Shown here: positions 38,708-48,118 of the stretch, piece by piece | How positions within the stretch are numbered: the first letter of the stretch is position 1 | Layout of the letters: every line of letters begins with the position of its first letter | NCBI GenBank assembly: GCA_965249725.1 | Contig: CBDFMQ010000001.1 | Span: 224,001-288,000 of the forward strand | DNA from: Longimicrobiales bacterium | GTDB lineage: Bacteria > Gemmatimonadota > Gemmatimonadetes > Longimicrobiales > Gaopeijiaceae | Direction of reading: 5' to 3' | DNA: 64,000 nucleotides | Position numbers and translations under genes: made by a program | The notes under the pieces: generated by a model | The model's input: the letters and a program-made list of their open reading frames with translations, nothing else | What the model was told of the DNA's origin: nothing | Databases searched by the model: none

Positions 38708-40173
38708 GGCTTCGGCATCCCTGCACCGCGTTCCGACCGACCACCGGGCTCCGCGAGACGGTTCTTCCATAGCTCCCTGAAGGTCTTCTTCGGTGGCACG
38801 GGAAAGTCCCTTGTTCTCGTCCAGGCACCGAAGGGTGGCGGCAGCGCGGACACATGTCCCACTCGTCCCCCGAGCAGGCGCCCGAACAAGCGGGCGATCT
38901 TGGTGGCGAGGCCGTACCGGCGAGGACCGTGCAGGGGCAGCGTCAACGCCTTGACCGAGGCTCGAGCCGCCAAGCTCGACTCGCCCCGCTCGGCCAGTTC
39001 GCCTCGGAGCTCGAGGAGCAGCCGGGGCAGATCGATCTTCACGGGGCAGGCGTCCTTGCAGGCCCCGCACAGCGAGCTGGCAAAGGGCAGATCCACGCCT
39101 GCCGTCGGGTCCTCCCCCCGGGCTTCGGACAATAGCGGGGTGAGGATCGACCCGATGGGTCCGGAGTAGGCGGTTCGGCCGTAGGCGTGGCCGCCGATCT
39201 CGCGGTAGACGGGGCATACGTCGAGACACGCGCCACAGCGGATACAGAGGAGGGCGTCGGCGTAGCGGCGCTCGAGCACACCAGAGCGGCCGTTGTCGAC
39301 CAAGACGACGTGCATCTCGTTGGGCCCGTCCGCCTGCCCGGGCGCTCGGGGTCCGCTGGTGAGCGAGAAGTAGACCGAGACCTCCTGTCCCGTGGCGTTT
39401 CGCGTAGCGGCCTGCCAGAGCAGCACCGCGTCCTCGACCCTCTCCACGACCTTCTCGATTCCGACCACGACGACGTAGACCGGGGGAAGGCTGGTGACCA
39501 TCCGCCCGTTGCCCTCATTGGTGATCAGGCAGATGGTACCGCTCTCGGCCACGGCGAAGTTGCAGCCGCTTATGCCCATCTGGGCTCCGAGGAAGCGCCG
39601 CCGCAGTTCCTGCCGCGCGACGCCGCACATGACCGCGGCGTCCAGAGTCGGCTCCATGCCCAGCTCCCGCTCGAAGACCCTTGATACGTCCTCGGCGCGC
39701 TTATGGATGACGGGTGCCACGAGATGGCTCGGCGGCTCGTCATCGAGCTGGATGATGTACTCACCGAGGTCCGTTTCGACCACTTCGATCCCGGCATCCT
39801 CCAGGACACGGTTGAGCCCGATCTCCTCGGTGATCATCGACTTGGACTTGACCGCCCGCTCCACTCCCGAGCGTCGTGCGATCTCCACCACGGTGTCGCC
39901 CGCTCCTTGCGCGTCGCGAGCCCAGTGCACGGTGCAGCCGTTGCGCGTGAGGTTGTTCTCCAGTTCCTCGAGTAGGTCCGGGAGATGGCGGATGGCCCGT
40001 TCGCGGACGGATCGAGCCTCGTCCCTCATCAGCTCTGCATCGACCGCTGCGAGCGCCGTCAGGCGCCGCGCCGCGAGCCGTGCGGTGGCGTGGTCCAGGG
40101 CCGTCTTGAGGTTTGCGTCCCCGAGGGCCTGCTTCACCCGAGTCCGGTAGGGTGCGTCGATATCGATCTTCAT
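38704..40173 (-). CDS. lutB: Lactate utilisation Fe-S protein B
   Basis: KSKSMITEEI, ETDLGEYI.Q, CIRCGAC..VCPVY, SSLCGAC..ACPVKI. Confidence 0.93.
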   Translation of the reverse strand: MKIDIDAPYRTRVKQALGDANLKTALDHATARLAARRLTALAAVDAELMRDEARSVRERAIRHLPDLLEELENNLTRNGCTVHWARDAQGAGDTVVEIARRSGVERAVKSKSMITEEIGLNRVLEDAGIEVVETDLGEYIIQLDDEPPSHLVAPVIHKRAEDVSRVFERELGMEPTLDAAVMCGVARQELRRRFLGAQMGISGCNFAVAESGTICLITNEGNGRMVTSLPPVYVVVVGIEKVVERVEDAVLLWQAATRNATGQEVSVYFSLTSGPRAPGQADGPNEMHVVLVDNGRSGVLERRYADALLCIRCGACLDVCPVYREIGGHAYGRTAYSGPIGSILTPLLSEARGEDPTAGVDLPFASSLCGACKDACPVKIDLPRLLLELRGELAERGESSLAARASVKALTLPLHGPRRYGLATKIARLFGRLLGGRVGHVSALPPPFGAWTRTRDFPVPPKKTFRELWKNRLAEPGGRSERGAGMPKP

Positions 40174-40988
40174 GAGCCACGCTCCTCGTCTCCGGCGAGC
40201 AGTTCGGCGATGTGCACCGCGCGACATCGATGTCCCCCGCGCACGAGCACGCCATTGATGTGGGTCATACAGCCCACGTCGCCGACGGCAACGATGTCGG
40301 CTCCTGAGGCGTCCAGGTGGTGGGCCTTGCGTCGACCCATCGCCGTGCTGATCTCGGAGTTCCATACCGCGAACGCACCGCCGAAGCCACAGCACTCTTG
40401 GGCCTCCGAGAGCTCGACGAGCTCGGCCCCCTCCAGCCCCTCGAGGAGCATCCGGGGCTGACGGTCTACGCCGAGGTCCCTCAGCAGGTGACAGCAGGCA
40501 TGATACGTGACCGGACCCTCGGCGCGCGCTCCCGTGCTCTCGACACCCAGCACGTCGACGAGATAGGCGGTGAGCTCGTGCGTGTCGTCGGCGACGATTC
40601 GGGCGCGCTCACCGATCTCCTCACCGGTCTTTTCGCGCATCTTCTCGGTTGCCCCTTCTTCCATGAGAATGCGGAACGAGTGCTTCACGGTGGCAACGCA
40701 GCTCCCCGAGGGAGCCACGACCGCGTCCACCTCGCCACTCTCCAGCAAGGGGCCGAACACGTCGAGGAAGTTCGAGGCCAGCTTCCGCGCCTCCTTCCGA
40801 TGGCCGGCGTTGAAGGCCGGTTGTCCGCAACAGGTCTGCCCCTCGGGGAAGATCACATCGGAGCCGTGGCGCTCGAGAAGCTCGACGGCTGCCATGCCGA
40901 CGCGGGGATACAGCGCGTCCACCATGCAGGTGACGAACAGCGCGACCTTGGGCCGGGGGCGGACGGAAGGAGAGTCGGGATGCTCCAT
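40170..40988 (-). CDS. lutA: Lactate utilisation protein A (CCG domains)
   Basis: LFVTC.VD, QTCCGQPA.N.G, PSGSC, YHACCH, ECCGFGG.F. Confidence 0.92.
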   Translation of the reverse strand: MEHPDSPSVRPRPKVALFVTCMVDALYPRVGMAAVELLERHGSDVIFPEGQTCCGQPAFNAGHRKEARKLASNFLDVFGPLLESGEVDAVVAPSGSCVATVKHSFRILMEEGATEKMREKTGEEIGERARIVADDTHELTAYLVDVLGVESTGARAEGPVTYHACCHLLRDLGVDRQPRMLLEGLEGAELVELSEAQECCGFGGAFAVWNSEISTAMGRRKAHHLDASGADIVAVGDVGCMTHINGVLVRGGHRCRAVHIAELLAGDEERGS

Positions 40989-41226
40989 GGGACACAAGAT
41001 GTCCGTCCATCACTTGGTGCGCGAGGTGACGGCGATGTCGGACTCCGACACCCGGGTGTGGCGGTCTCCCTCGAACCGCAACATATTGGCGCGACCGCAC
41101 CACGCGCGCCGCGCCGCCGGGCTCGGCCAGTGCCAGCCCGCTGCTTCCTGCGCCTCCTCCCCACGCAGGTCGGCCCGGCACAGATTGAGGGAGTGGAGTG
41201 GGTCGGAGCCCGGTAGAAATGAGAAT

Positions 41227-41353
41227 ATCCAACGCGCAGAGGGGTATTACACGCACCCGTACGCAAACCCCGCGCTAAACTCACATATCACGCCAGCCGC
41301 AGATCCGCGGCGCGCTGGGGGATATGTGTACGGCGGAGATTCGAACGTTATAC
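41227..41353 (+). mobile_element. attC-like palindromic site (degenerate)
   Basis: ATCCAAC ... GTTATAC ends 127 bp apart, inner CACATATC/GATATGTG and CCAGC/GCTGG stems. Confidence 0.45.
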
Positions 41354-41425
41354 GGCATTCCGGAACCGACGAGGTTAGGGAGACGGCGGTTGGCCGTGAA
41401 GGTTAGACGAAAGGCAGATGAACTC

Positions 41426-42205
41426 ATGTCGGAAGCGCCGCTCACCGGGGGAGGCCGCACAAGGGTGACTCGTAGCGGCGAGACGGTGTTTCGTGAGTCG
41501 GGGCCGGGGGCTCGCACGGTGCAGGCGCTGCTGCGGCACCTTGAGACAGTTGGGTTCACGGGTGCACCTCGTGTGATCGGGTCGGGCTTCGATGATCGGG
41601 GGCGAGAAACGCTGCAGTTCATCGAGGGCGAGGTTGTGCATCCCCGTGCGTGGAGTGAAGAGGCGCTGCCGAACGTTGGGGGGCTCTTACGCGATCTGCA
41701 TCGCGCGAGCGAGACATTCCCGGTTCCAAGTGACGCTGTATGGCGTCCGTGGCACGGTCGAGGCCTTGGCGGTGATGCCATGGGCATAGGGCATTGCGAT
41801 GCTGGCCCGTGGAATATCGTCGCGAGAGATGGTTCTCCGGTCGCGCTGATCGATTGGGAGGTTGCTGGGCCTGTCGATACGCTGTTCGATCTGGCTCAGG
41901 CATGCTGGCTGAATGCTCAGTTGCACGACGATGATGTGGCAGAGGTGCAGGGGCTGCCACCGCTCGAGGCCCGCGCACGGCACCTCCGGCTGATCCTCGA
42001 CGGGTACGAACTCCCGAGAGCGCAACGGGTTGGCTTCGTGGACCGGATGATTGAGTTCGCGGTTCGAGACGCGGCGGACGAAGCCATACAAGCCGGTGTC
42101 ACCGAAGAAACGCGAGACGCCTCGGCGCTGTGGGGGGTGACCTGGCGCGTCAGGAGTGCTGCGTGGATGCTGAGGCATCGAGCCGCGCTGGAAGCCGCCC
42201 TGTGA
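41426..42205 (+). CDS. APH/choline-kinase-like phosphotransferase
   Basis: LLRHLE..GF.GAP, IGHCDAGPWN, LIDWE. Confidence 0.85.
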   Translation: MSEAPLTGGGRTRVTRSGETVFRESGPGARTVQALLRHLETVGFTGAPRVIGSGFDDRGRETLQFIEGEVVHPRAWSEEALPNVGGLLRDLHRASETFPVPSDAVWRPWHGRGLGGDAMGIGHCDAGPWNIVARDGSPVALIDWEVAGPVDTLFDLAQACWLNAQLHDDDVAEVQGLPPLEARARHLRLILDGYELPRAQRVGFVDRMIEFAVRDAADEAIQAGVTEETRDASALWGVTWRVRSAAWMLRHRAALEAAL

Positions 42206-42263
42206 CGGATGGTGGGTTCTCGTCGCAAGGAGGATGGAGTCCGAGGCGGCCGGCGCGAACGCC

Positions 42264-42316
42264 GCCTAACACTGGGCCTCCGGCTCGGGCCGCTGTAGGC
42301 GGCCCTCGCACGCGGA
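42264..42316 (+). mobile_element. Left half of an attC-like site fused to higB
   Basis: GCCTAAC followed by GGGCCGC-TGTAG-GCGGCCC hairpin; no downstream GTT core. Confidence 0.45.
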
Positions 42317-42560
42317 TGCGAAGGTGCCGCTGGACGCTTGGTATCGGATCCTGAAGGGACGAGAGTATCGATCTCCGCATGAACTGAGAGTGGACTTCCC
42401 GACGGCGAGCTTCCTGGGAGGGCGCCGGACGGTCTTCAACATTGGCGGCAACAAGTATCGGCTTGTGGTCGACATGCGGTACGATCTCGGACGGGTTTAC
42501 GTGCGAGATGTGCTGACCCATGAGGAATACGACCGAAAGTCGATTGACGGCGCGCTGTGA
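42309..42560 (+). pseudogene. higB: HigB-family toxin, apparently 5'-truncated
   Basis: HADAKVPLDAWY...RTVFNIGGNKYRLVV...LTHEEYD; usual N-terminal segment absent, in-frame TAA at 42267. Confidence 0.7.
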
Positions 42561-42580
42561 CCGCGCGAGGAGGAATGATC

Positions 42581-42970
42581 ATGACCACCGCTCTATTGGA
42601 TTTCTCGAAGCCGCACGTCCTGAAGGACGACGCGGAGTATGAAGCCGCAATCGCTGAAATCGAGCGCCTCTTGGACGAGGAAGTCGAGCCTGCTAGTGAG
42701 GGCTACGACCGACTCGAGTTTCTTTCCGTGTTGGTCGAGCACTACGAGGAGGACCAGCACCCGATGGGGACGGTCACCCCCCAACAGGCCGTGACGTTCA
42801 TGCTTGAGCAGAAGGCACTGGAGCGGTCCGACCTCGACGAGGTCATGGGTGGAAAGAGCCGCGTCTCCGATTTCTTCAATGGCAAGCGCGATCTCTCGAA
42901 ATCCCAGATTGAGGGACTGCGGCGGCTGCTCGGAATCCCAGCGGACATACTGCTTGGTGTGGACGGTTGA
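42581..42970 (+). CDS. higA: HigA-family HTH antitoxin
   Basis: EYEAAIAEIERL, LSVLVEHYE, KSRVSDFFNGKRDLS..QI..L. Confidence 0.88.
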   Translation: MTTALLDFSKPHVLKDDAEYEAAIAEIERLLDEEVEPASEGYDRLEFLSVLVEHYEEDQHPMGTVTPQQAVTFMLEQKALERSDLDEVMGGKSRVSDFFNGKRDLSKSQIEGLRRLLGIPADILLGVDG

Positions 42971-43129
42971 TTCGACAGCAGTCGCACAGCACATAACACT
43001 ACGCTTCCGCCCGCGCGGCCCGCTCCGCTTGGTAAGGCGGACCTTTCACGTATATTGGCTTCTGCCCGATCACTGAGCCCCAGCCTGATTCCAGGCCGCG
43101 GGGCATACCCACGCTCGACCCACGGAGCC

Positions 43130-44506
43130 ATGAACCCGGCAGAAACCGTCGTGGCCGCACCGGCACGCCTCGTCACCGTGACTGCACAAGCCGGGGACGC
43201 CCATCCCATGGTCTTCCTCCGGCAGGCACAAGGCGGGCCTCGTGGGTTCTGGGCCAGGGCGGATCGGTGGGTGGCCCACTCCGGGGCGGTGGCCACGCTT
43301 TCGGTCGACGGAGACGACTCCGCGAATCGGTTCTCGGCGATCGAGGCCGAGGCCGGGAATCTGATCGACGTTGTCCCGGTCACTGAAGGCGAACCGAGCG
43401 CGCCGAGCCGGTTCTTCGGTGGCTTCTCGTTCCGCTCGGATCACTCGGCCGTCGATCTCTGGTCCGGATTCACCCCCGCACTTTTCCACCTACCGGAGTT
43501 CGAACTCGAGGGAGGAGGCCGCCGGCCCCCCCGTCTGACTGCTCGAGCCCTGATCGGTCCGGACGACGGGGATGTGGACGGTGCGTTGAGGCTTCTGCTG
43601 ACCCGGGTTGGCCGGATCGCCGAGGGGCTTCGCGAGCCATCAGGTGCCGGTAGTGAACCACCTCGGACGATCCCCACGACGCGTGCCGAGTCGGAGCGAA
43701 GCCTATGGGAGGCCGCCGTGACCAAGGCCTTGGCGGCCATATCCGCGGGTGAAGTGTTGAAGGTGGTACTCGCCCGAACCATGGATGTGGTCACGCAGGA
43801 GCGACTCGATCCCGTGGATGTCGTCCAGCACCTTTGGGAGGAAAACCGCGGGAGTCACGTCTTCCTTTTCGAGCCGGCCGACGGATGTCCGCTCGTCGGC
43901 GCCGCGCCCGAGACGGTGGCGACTATGGCTCGGGGCGCGTTTCATGCGACTGCGGTCGCCGGGACGGTGGCCCGGGGCGAAACACCGGAGGAGCAGGAAG
44001 AGCTGGCGGCACGCCTACTGGCGAGCGAGAAGGACGCGGTTGAGCATCGCATCGCGCTCGACGACATGGTTGCCCGGCTCGGCCCTCTGGCCATCCAAGT
44101 GGAGGCCCAGCCTGAGCCTCATGTGCTGACCCTGGCGCGCATACAGCATCTGGAGACCGAGATTCGAGCGAGCATGCCGGAGGGGTCGTCCGTACTCCCG
44201 GTCCTGGAGGCTCTCCACCCGACCCCGGCCGTCTGCGGGCTTCCCCGGGACAACGCGTTGGCGTTCCTGAGTGAAGAGGAGCCGTTCGAGCGGGGATGGT
44301 ATGCGGGGCCCGTCGGTTGGTTCGATGTGGAGGGCAACGGGGTCTTTGCACCGGCGCTGCGTTGCGCCGTAGCCAGGGACCATCAGTGGAGGCTGTTTGC
44401 CGGAGCCGGTATCGTGGCCGGTTCGGATCCCGGCCTCGAGTGGGAAGAGACCAGCATCAAGTTCGAGCCCGTGCTCCGAGCCCTGGCGGCAAGCGGGGCG
44501 AAATGA
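43130..44506 (+). CDS. menF: Isochorismate synthase
   Basis: KVVLAR, GAAPE, AVAGT, EKD..EH, IQHL.T, LHPTPAVCG.P, RGWYAGPVGW, FAGAGIV. Confidence 0.92.
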   Translation: MNPAETVVAAPARLVTVTAQAGDAHPMVFLRQAQGGPRGFWARADRWVAHSGAVATLSVDGDDSANRFSAIEAEAGNLIDVVPVTEGEPSAPSRFFGGFSFRSDHSAVDLWSGFTPALFHLPEFELEGGGRRPPRLTARALIGPDDGDVDGALRLLLTRVGRIAEGLREPSGAGSEPPRTIPTTRAESERSLWEAAVTKALAAISAGEVLKVVLARTMDVVTQERLDPVDVVQHLWEENRGSHVFLFEPADGCPLVGAAPETVATMARGAFHATAVAGTVARGETPEEQEELAARLLASEKDAVEHRIALDDMVARLGPLAIQVEAQPEPHVLTLARIQHLETEIRASMPEGSSVLPVLEALHPTPAVCGLPRDNALAFLSEEEPFERGWYAGPVGWFDVEGNGVFAPALRCAVARDHQWRLFAGAGIVAGSDPGLEWEETSIKFEPVLRALAASGAK

Positions 44507-46302
44507 GTGATCCGGCGGTCGCGACCGCCTGGGCGAGGGTATTCATGGATGAGCTGGCTCGGATGGGTCTCGGGCACATCTGCGTGGCGCCGGGCTCCCG
44601 GTCCACTCCGTTGGTCATGGCGTGTGCCAGAGACGGTCGTTTCACCACTTGGGTTCATCTGGACGAGCGCTCCGCAGGTTTCTTTGCGCTCGGTCTCGGG
44701 AAAGACACGGGTTTGCCCGCAGCCGTGATCACCACCTCGGGGACGGCCACGGCGAATCTGTTTCCGGCCGTGATCGAAGCGTCCCTGAGCAACGTCCCCC
44801 TCCTCGTGCTCACCGCCGATCGCCCCATCCGCCTCCGGGGCTCCGACGCCAATCAGACGATCGATCAGGCGGGGCTCTATGGACCTTACCCGCGTGGGAG
44901 TCACGACGCCGGAGACCCCGCGTACGAGAAGCTCCGGGACGCGAGGACTCTCGCCTGCCGCGCCTTCGCCGAGACGCTCGGTTTCGACGCTGGACCCGTC
45001 CATGTGAACCTCCCGTTCGACAAACCGCTCGGTCCGGCAGACATGGATCCGGATCGAGAGACGGATCTGAGGGCCGCGGACCCGCTGGGCTTGGATGGAC
45101 GAAGTGACGGTGCTCCCTTGGAGTCGCCGGCGGTCCGCGAGGTTGTCGGAGCGGAGGCAGTAGCCGAGGTCGCCGGTCTTCTGGCGGATGGTAGAAGAGG
45201 ACTCATCGTTGGGGGCCCCGTCTCCGATCCTGAAGCCGTCGGGCCGGCCTTGATCCGTTTGTCCGCGGCGACCGGGTTCCCGCTCTTGGCCGATCCCCTT
45301 TGCGGCGCCCGGTTCGGACACGATTTCGGACCGGCACCGATTGCTGCTTCCGATCTGTTCCTACGGGATGCCGCGCTTCGGGAACGGCTTCGGCCGGACG
45401 TCATCCTTCGAGTCGGTGCTCCGCCCACCTCCGCGGGAATTCTGACCTTCCTCGAGGAGTGTGGAGATGTGCCCCAGATGGTGATCGGGGCCGGACGCCC
45501 CCGGACGAATTCCCTCTCCCCCGAGTCCCGGTACGTGCAGGGCGACGTAGCCGGGATGCTCGCCGAGGTCACATCAGGCGTTTCCGTTGCCGCGCCCACG
45601 GCTTGGAGCGAGGTGTGGTCGAGTCTCGACAGGACTGCTCTCGAGGCGGTGCAGGGCAACCCGGGCGACTTCTTCGAGGGAGACGTTCTGGCCGCCCTCG
45701 TCGATTCTCTGCCCGAGGGTGGCACGATGTTCGTGTCCAACTCCATGCCGGTGAGGGATCTGGACGCATACGGGGGTGCGGGACCCAAGAGACTCAGGGT
45801 GCTCGGGAATCGAGGAGCCAGTGGGATCGACGGCATCGTGTCCACCGCGGCGGGCATCGCGGCCGGTACCGCGGCGCGCATCGCTCCACCCGAAGAGGGT
45901 TCGCTGGCGCCCGCGCCGCCGGTGGTGGCCGTGCTCGGGGACCTCGCCTTCTACCACGACATGAATGGTCTGCTCGCGATCGGGCGGAGTGGTCTCAACG
46001 TGCTCCTCGTGGTGATCAACAATGACGGAGGGGGGATCTTCCACATGTTGCCTATCCGGGAGCACGAGCCGGAGTTCACTCGCTACTTCGCTACACCGCA
46101 TGGCCTCGACTTCAGGGGGGCTGCGGAGCTGTACCGGATTCCGTACAGTCGTGTGAGCACGAAGACGGAGATGCAGAGTGCCTTCGACGAGACCCTGCTT
46201 GAGCCGGGCCCCCGGATTCTGGAGATTCTAACGGATCGCACCGTCAATCAGCGTCGGCATCGAGAGGTGATCGAGGCGGTTGCAGAGGCCTGCCGGCGTT
46301 GA
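44503..46302 (+). CDS. menD: SEPHCHC synthase
   Basis: APGSRSTPL, DERSAGFFALG, TSGTA.AN, NRGASGIDG, GDLAFYHDMNGL, NNDGGGIF. Confidence 0.95.
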   Translation: MSDPAVATAWARVFMDELARMGLGHICVAPGSRSTPLVMACARDGRFTTWVHLDERSAGFFALGLGKDTGLPAAVITTSGTATANLFPAVIEASLSNVPLLVLTADRPIRLRGSDANQTIDQAGLYGPYPRGSHDAGDPAYEKLRDARTLACRAFAETLGFDAGPVHVNLPFDKPLGPADMDPDRETDLRAADPLGLDGRSDGAPLESPAVREVVGAEAVAEVAGLLADGRRGLIVGGPVSDPEAVGPALIRLSAATGFPLLADPLCGARFGHDFGPAPIAASDLFLRDAALRERLRPDVILRVGAPPTSAGILTFLEECGDVPQMVIGAGRPRTNSLSPESRYVQGDVAGMLAEVTSGVSVAAPTAWSEVWSSLDRTALEAVQGNPGDFFEGDVLAALVDSLPEGGTMFVSNSMPVRDLDAYGGAGPKRLRVLGNRGASGIDGIVSTAAGIAAGTAARIAPPEEGSLAPAPPVVAVLGDLAFYHDMNGLLAIGRSGLNVLLVVINNDGGGIFHMLPIREHEPEFTRYFATPHGLDFRGAAELYRIPYSRVSTKTEMQSAFDETLLEPGPRILEILTDRTVNQRRHREVIEAVAEACRR

Positions 46303-46368
46303 CAGGGGCCGGGTTTCGGCCGGCCGACGCATGACAGAAGTCAGTGACTCGAGACTCGGGACGAATCG

Positions 46369-47208
46369 ATGAGTGAGCCGCAGTGGCAGGTGGTGAAGGA
46401 CTACAAGGACATCACCTACAAGAAAGCGGACGGGGTGGCGCGGATCGCCATCAACCGACCTCAAGTACGCAACGCGTTTAGGCCCGGGACGCTCCTCGAG
46501 TTGCAGGAGGCTTTCAAGAACGCGGGTGAAGACACGCGTATCGGGGTCGTGCTCTTCACGGGCGATGGCCCTGCCGAGGACGGCGTCTACGCGTTCTGTG
46601 CCGGTGGGGATCAGAAGGTGCGAGGCGACGGCGGGTACGTAGGGGAGGACGGCGTCCCGAGGCTCAACGTTCTGGAGCTCCAGCGCTACATCCGGAGCAT
46701 GCCTAAGCCCGTCATCTGTCTCGTAGCGGGATACGCCATCGGTGGCGGCCACGTCCTGCACATCGTCTGCGACTTGACACTTGCGGCCGACAACGCTGTG
46801 TTCGGTCAGACCGGCCCCAAGGTGGGGAGCTTCGACGGCGGATTCGGGGCGGGATTTCTGGCCCGGATGGTAGGTCAGAAGAAGGCTCGGGAGATCTGGT
46901 ACCTGTGCCGCCAGTACAGCGCGCAGGAAGCCCTCGAGATGGGCATGGTCAACAAAGTGGTGCCCCTCCAGGAGCTCGAGATGGAAGGCTGGCGGTGGGC
47001 CCAGGAGATCCTCGACAAGAGCCCGCTGGCCATTCGGCTGCTCAAGTCCGCCTTCAATGCGGACGTCGATGGCCAGGCGGGCATACAGGAGCTCGCGGGT
47101 AACGCCACTCTCCTCTTCTACATGACCGATGAGGCGAAGGAGGCCAAGAACGCCTTCTTGGAGAAGCGGAAGGCAGATTTCCGGCAGTTCCCGTGGCTCC
47201 CGTGGTAG
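46369..47208 (+). CDS. menB: 1,4-dihydroxy-2-naphthoyl-CoA synthase
   Basis: [47 protein letters not shown]. Confidence 0.97.
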   Translation: MSEPQWQVVKDYKDITYKKADGVARIAINRPQVRNAFRPGTLLELQEAFKNAGEDTRIGVVLFTGDGPAEDGVYAFCAGGDQKVRGDGGYVGEDGVPRLNVLELQRYIRSMPKPVICLVAGYAIGGGHVLHIVCDLTLAADNAVFGQTGPKVGSFDGGFGAGFLARMVGQKKAREIWYLCRQYSAQEALEMGMVNKVVPLQELEMEGWRWAQEILDKSPLAIRLLKSAFNADVDGQAGIQELAGNATLLFYMTDEAKEAKNAFLEKRKADFRQFPWLPW

Positions 47209-47212
47209 GACC

Positions 47213-48118
47213 ATGGTAGGAGGCCCCAAGGGCCCACTCTCTCGCACACAGGCGTGGATCCTCGCGGCCCGTCCAAAGACCCTTGCCGCGGCCGCGGCGC
47301 CGGTGATCGTCGGGACCGGTCTGGCTGCTGCCCACTCGACCTACAGTGCACTTCCGGCGGTGGCCGCCCTGGGTGGGGCGCTCCTCATCCAGATCGGGAC
47401 CAACCTCGCCAACGACTATTACGACTTCCTTCGAGGGGGAGACACGGAAGAGCGAGTGGGGCCCACAAGGGTGACACAAGCTGGGATTATCCCCCCAAAG
47501 GAGGTCTGGTGGGGAATGGCGCTTACGCTATCAATGGCTCTGCTTGTCGGTGTATACCTCGTTTCCGTCGGCGGGTGGCCGATCGTGTGGATCGGCCTAG
47601 GGTCGCTTGTCTGCGCCGTCGCCTATACGGGAGGCCCCTATCCGCTGGCCTACCACGGGCTCGGTGATCTTTTCGTCTTCCTCTTCTTCGGCCTGGTGGC
47701 CGTGGGTGGGACGTACTGGGTCCAAGGGCTCGCCCTGCCGGCGGACGTGGTCCTGGCGGGCGTCGGCGTCGGCGCACTGAATACGGCCATCCTCGTGGCC
47801 AACAACGTCAGGGATCTCGAGACCGATGCCGCGGCCGGGAAGCGCACGCTCGCGGTCCGACTCGGCCGGTTCGGTAGCCGGATCGAGTACGCGCTGTTGA
47901 TGGCCGTGGGCTTCTCGGTGCCGATCGTCGGTGTAGCGCTCTACGGGTGGCCGCGCGCTGCTCTCGTTGCCCTCCTGGCAGGCGCGGCGTCCGTCACTCC
48001 TGTGGGGCTGGTCATGACGAAGGACCGCGCAACCGACCTGGTGCCGGCGCTGCCGGGCACGGCTCGGGTCGTGGCGATATACGGTGTCCTGCTGGGGCTG
48101 TCGCTCGCCTTCGCATGA
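47213..48118 (+). CDS. menA: DHNA prenyltransferase
   Basis: AARPKTL, QIGTNLANDY.D, YTGGP.PL.Y.GLGD, NN.RD.E.D...GKRTLAVRLG. Confidence 0.95.
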   Translation: MVGGPKGPLSRTQAWILAARPKTLAAAAAPVIVGTGLAAAHSTYSALPAVAALGGALLIQIGTNLANDYYDFLRGGDTEERVGPTRVTQAGIIPPKEVWWGMALTLSMALLVGVYLVSVGGWPIVWIGLGSLVCAVAYTGGPYPLAYHGLGDLFVFLFFGLVAVGGTYWVQGLALPADVVLAGVGVGALNTAILVANNVRDLETDAAAGKRTLAVRLGRFGSRIEYALLMAVGFSVPIVGVALYGWPRAALVALLAGAASVTPVGLVMTKDRATDLVPALPGTARVVAIYGVLLGLSLAFA

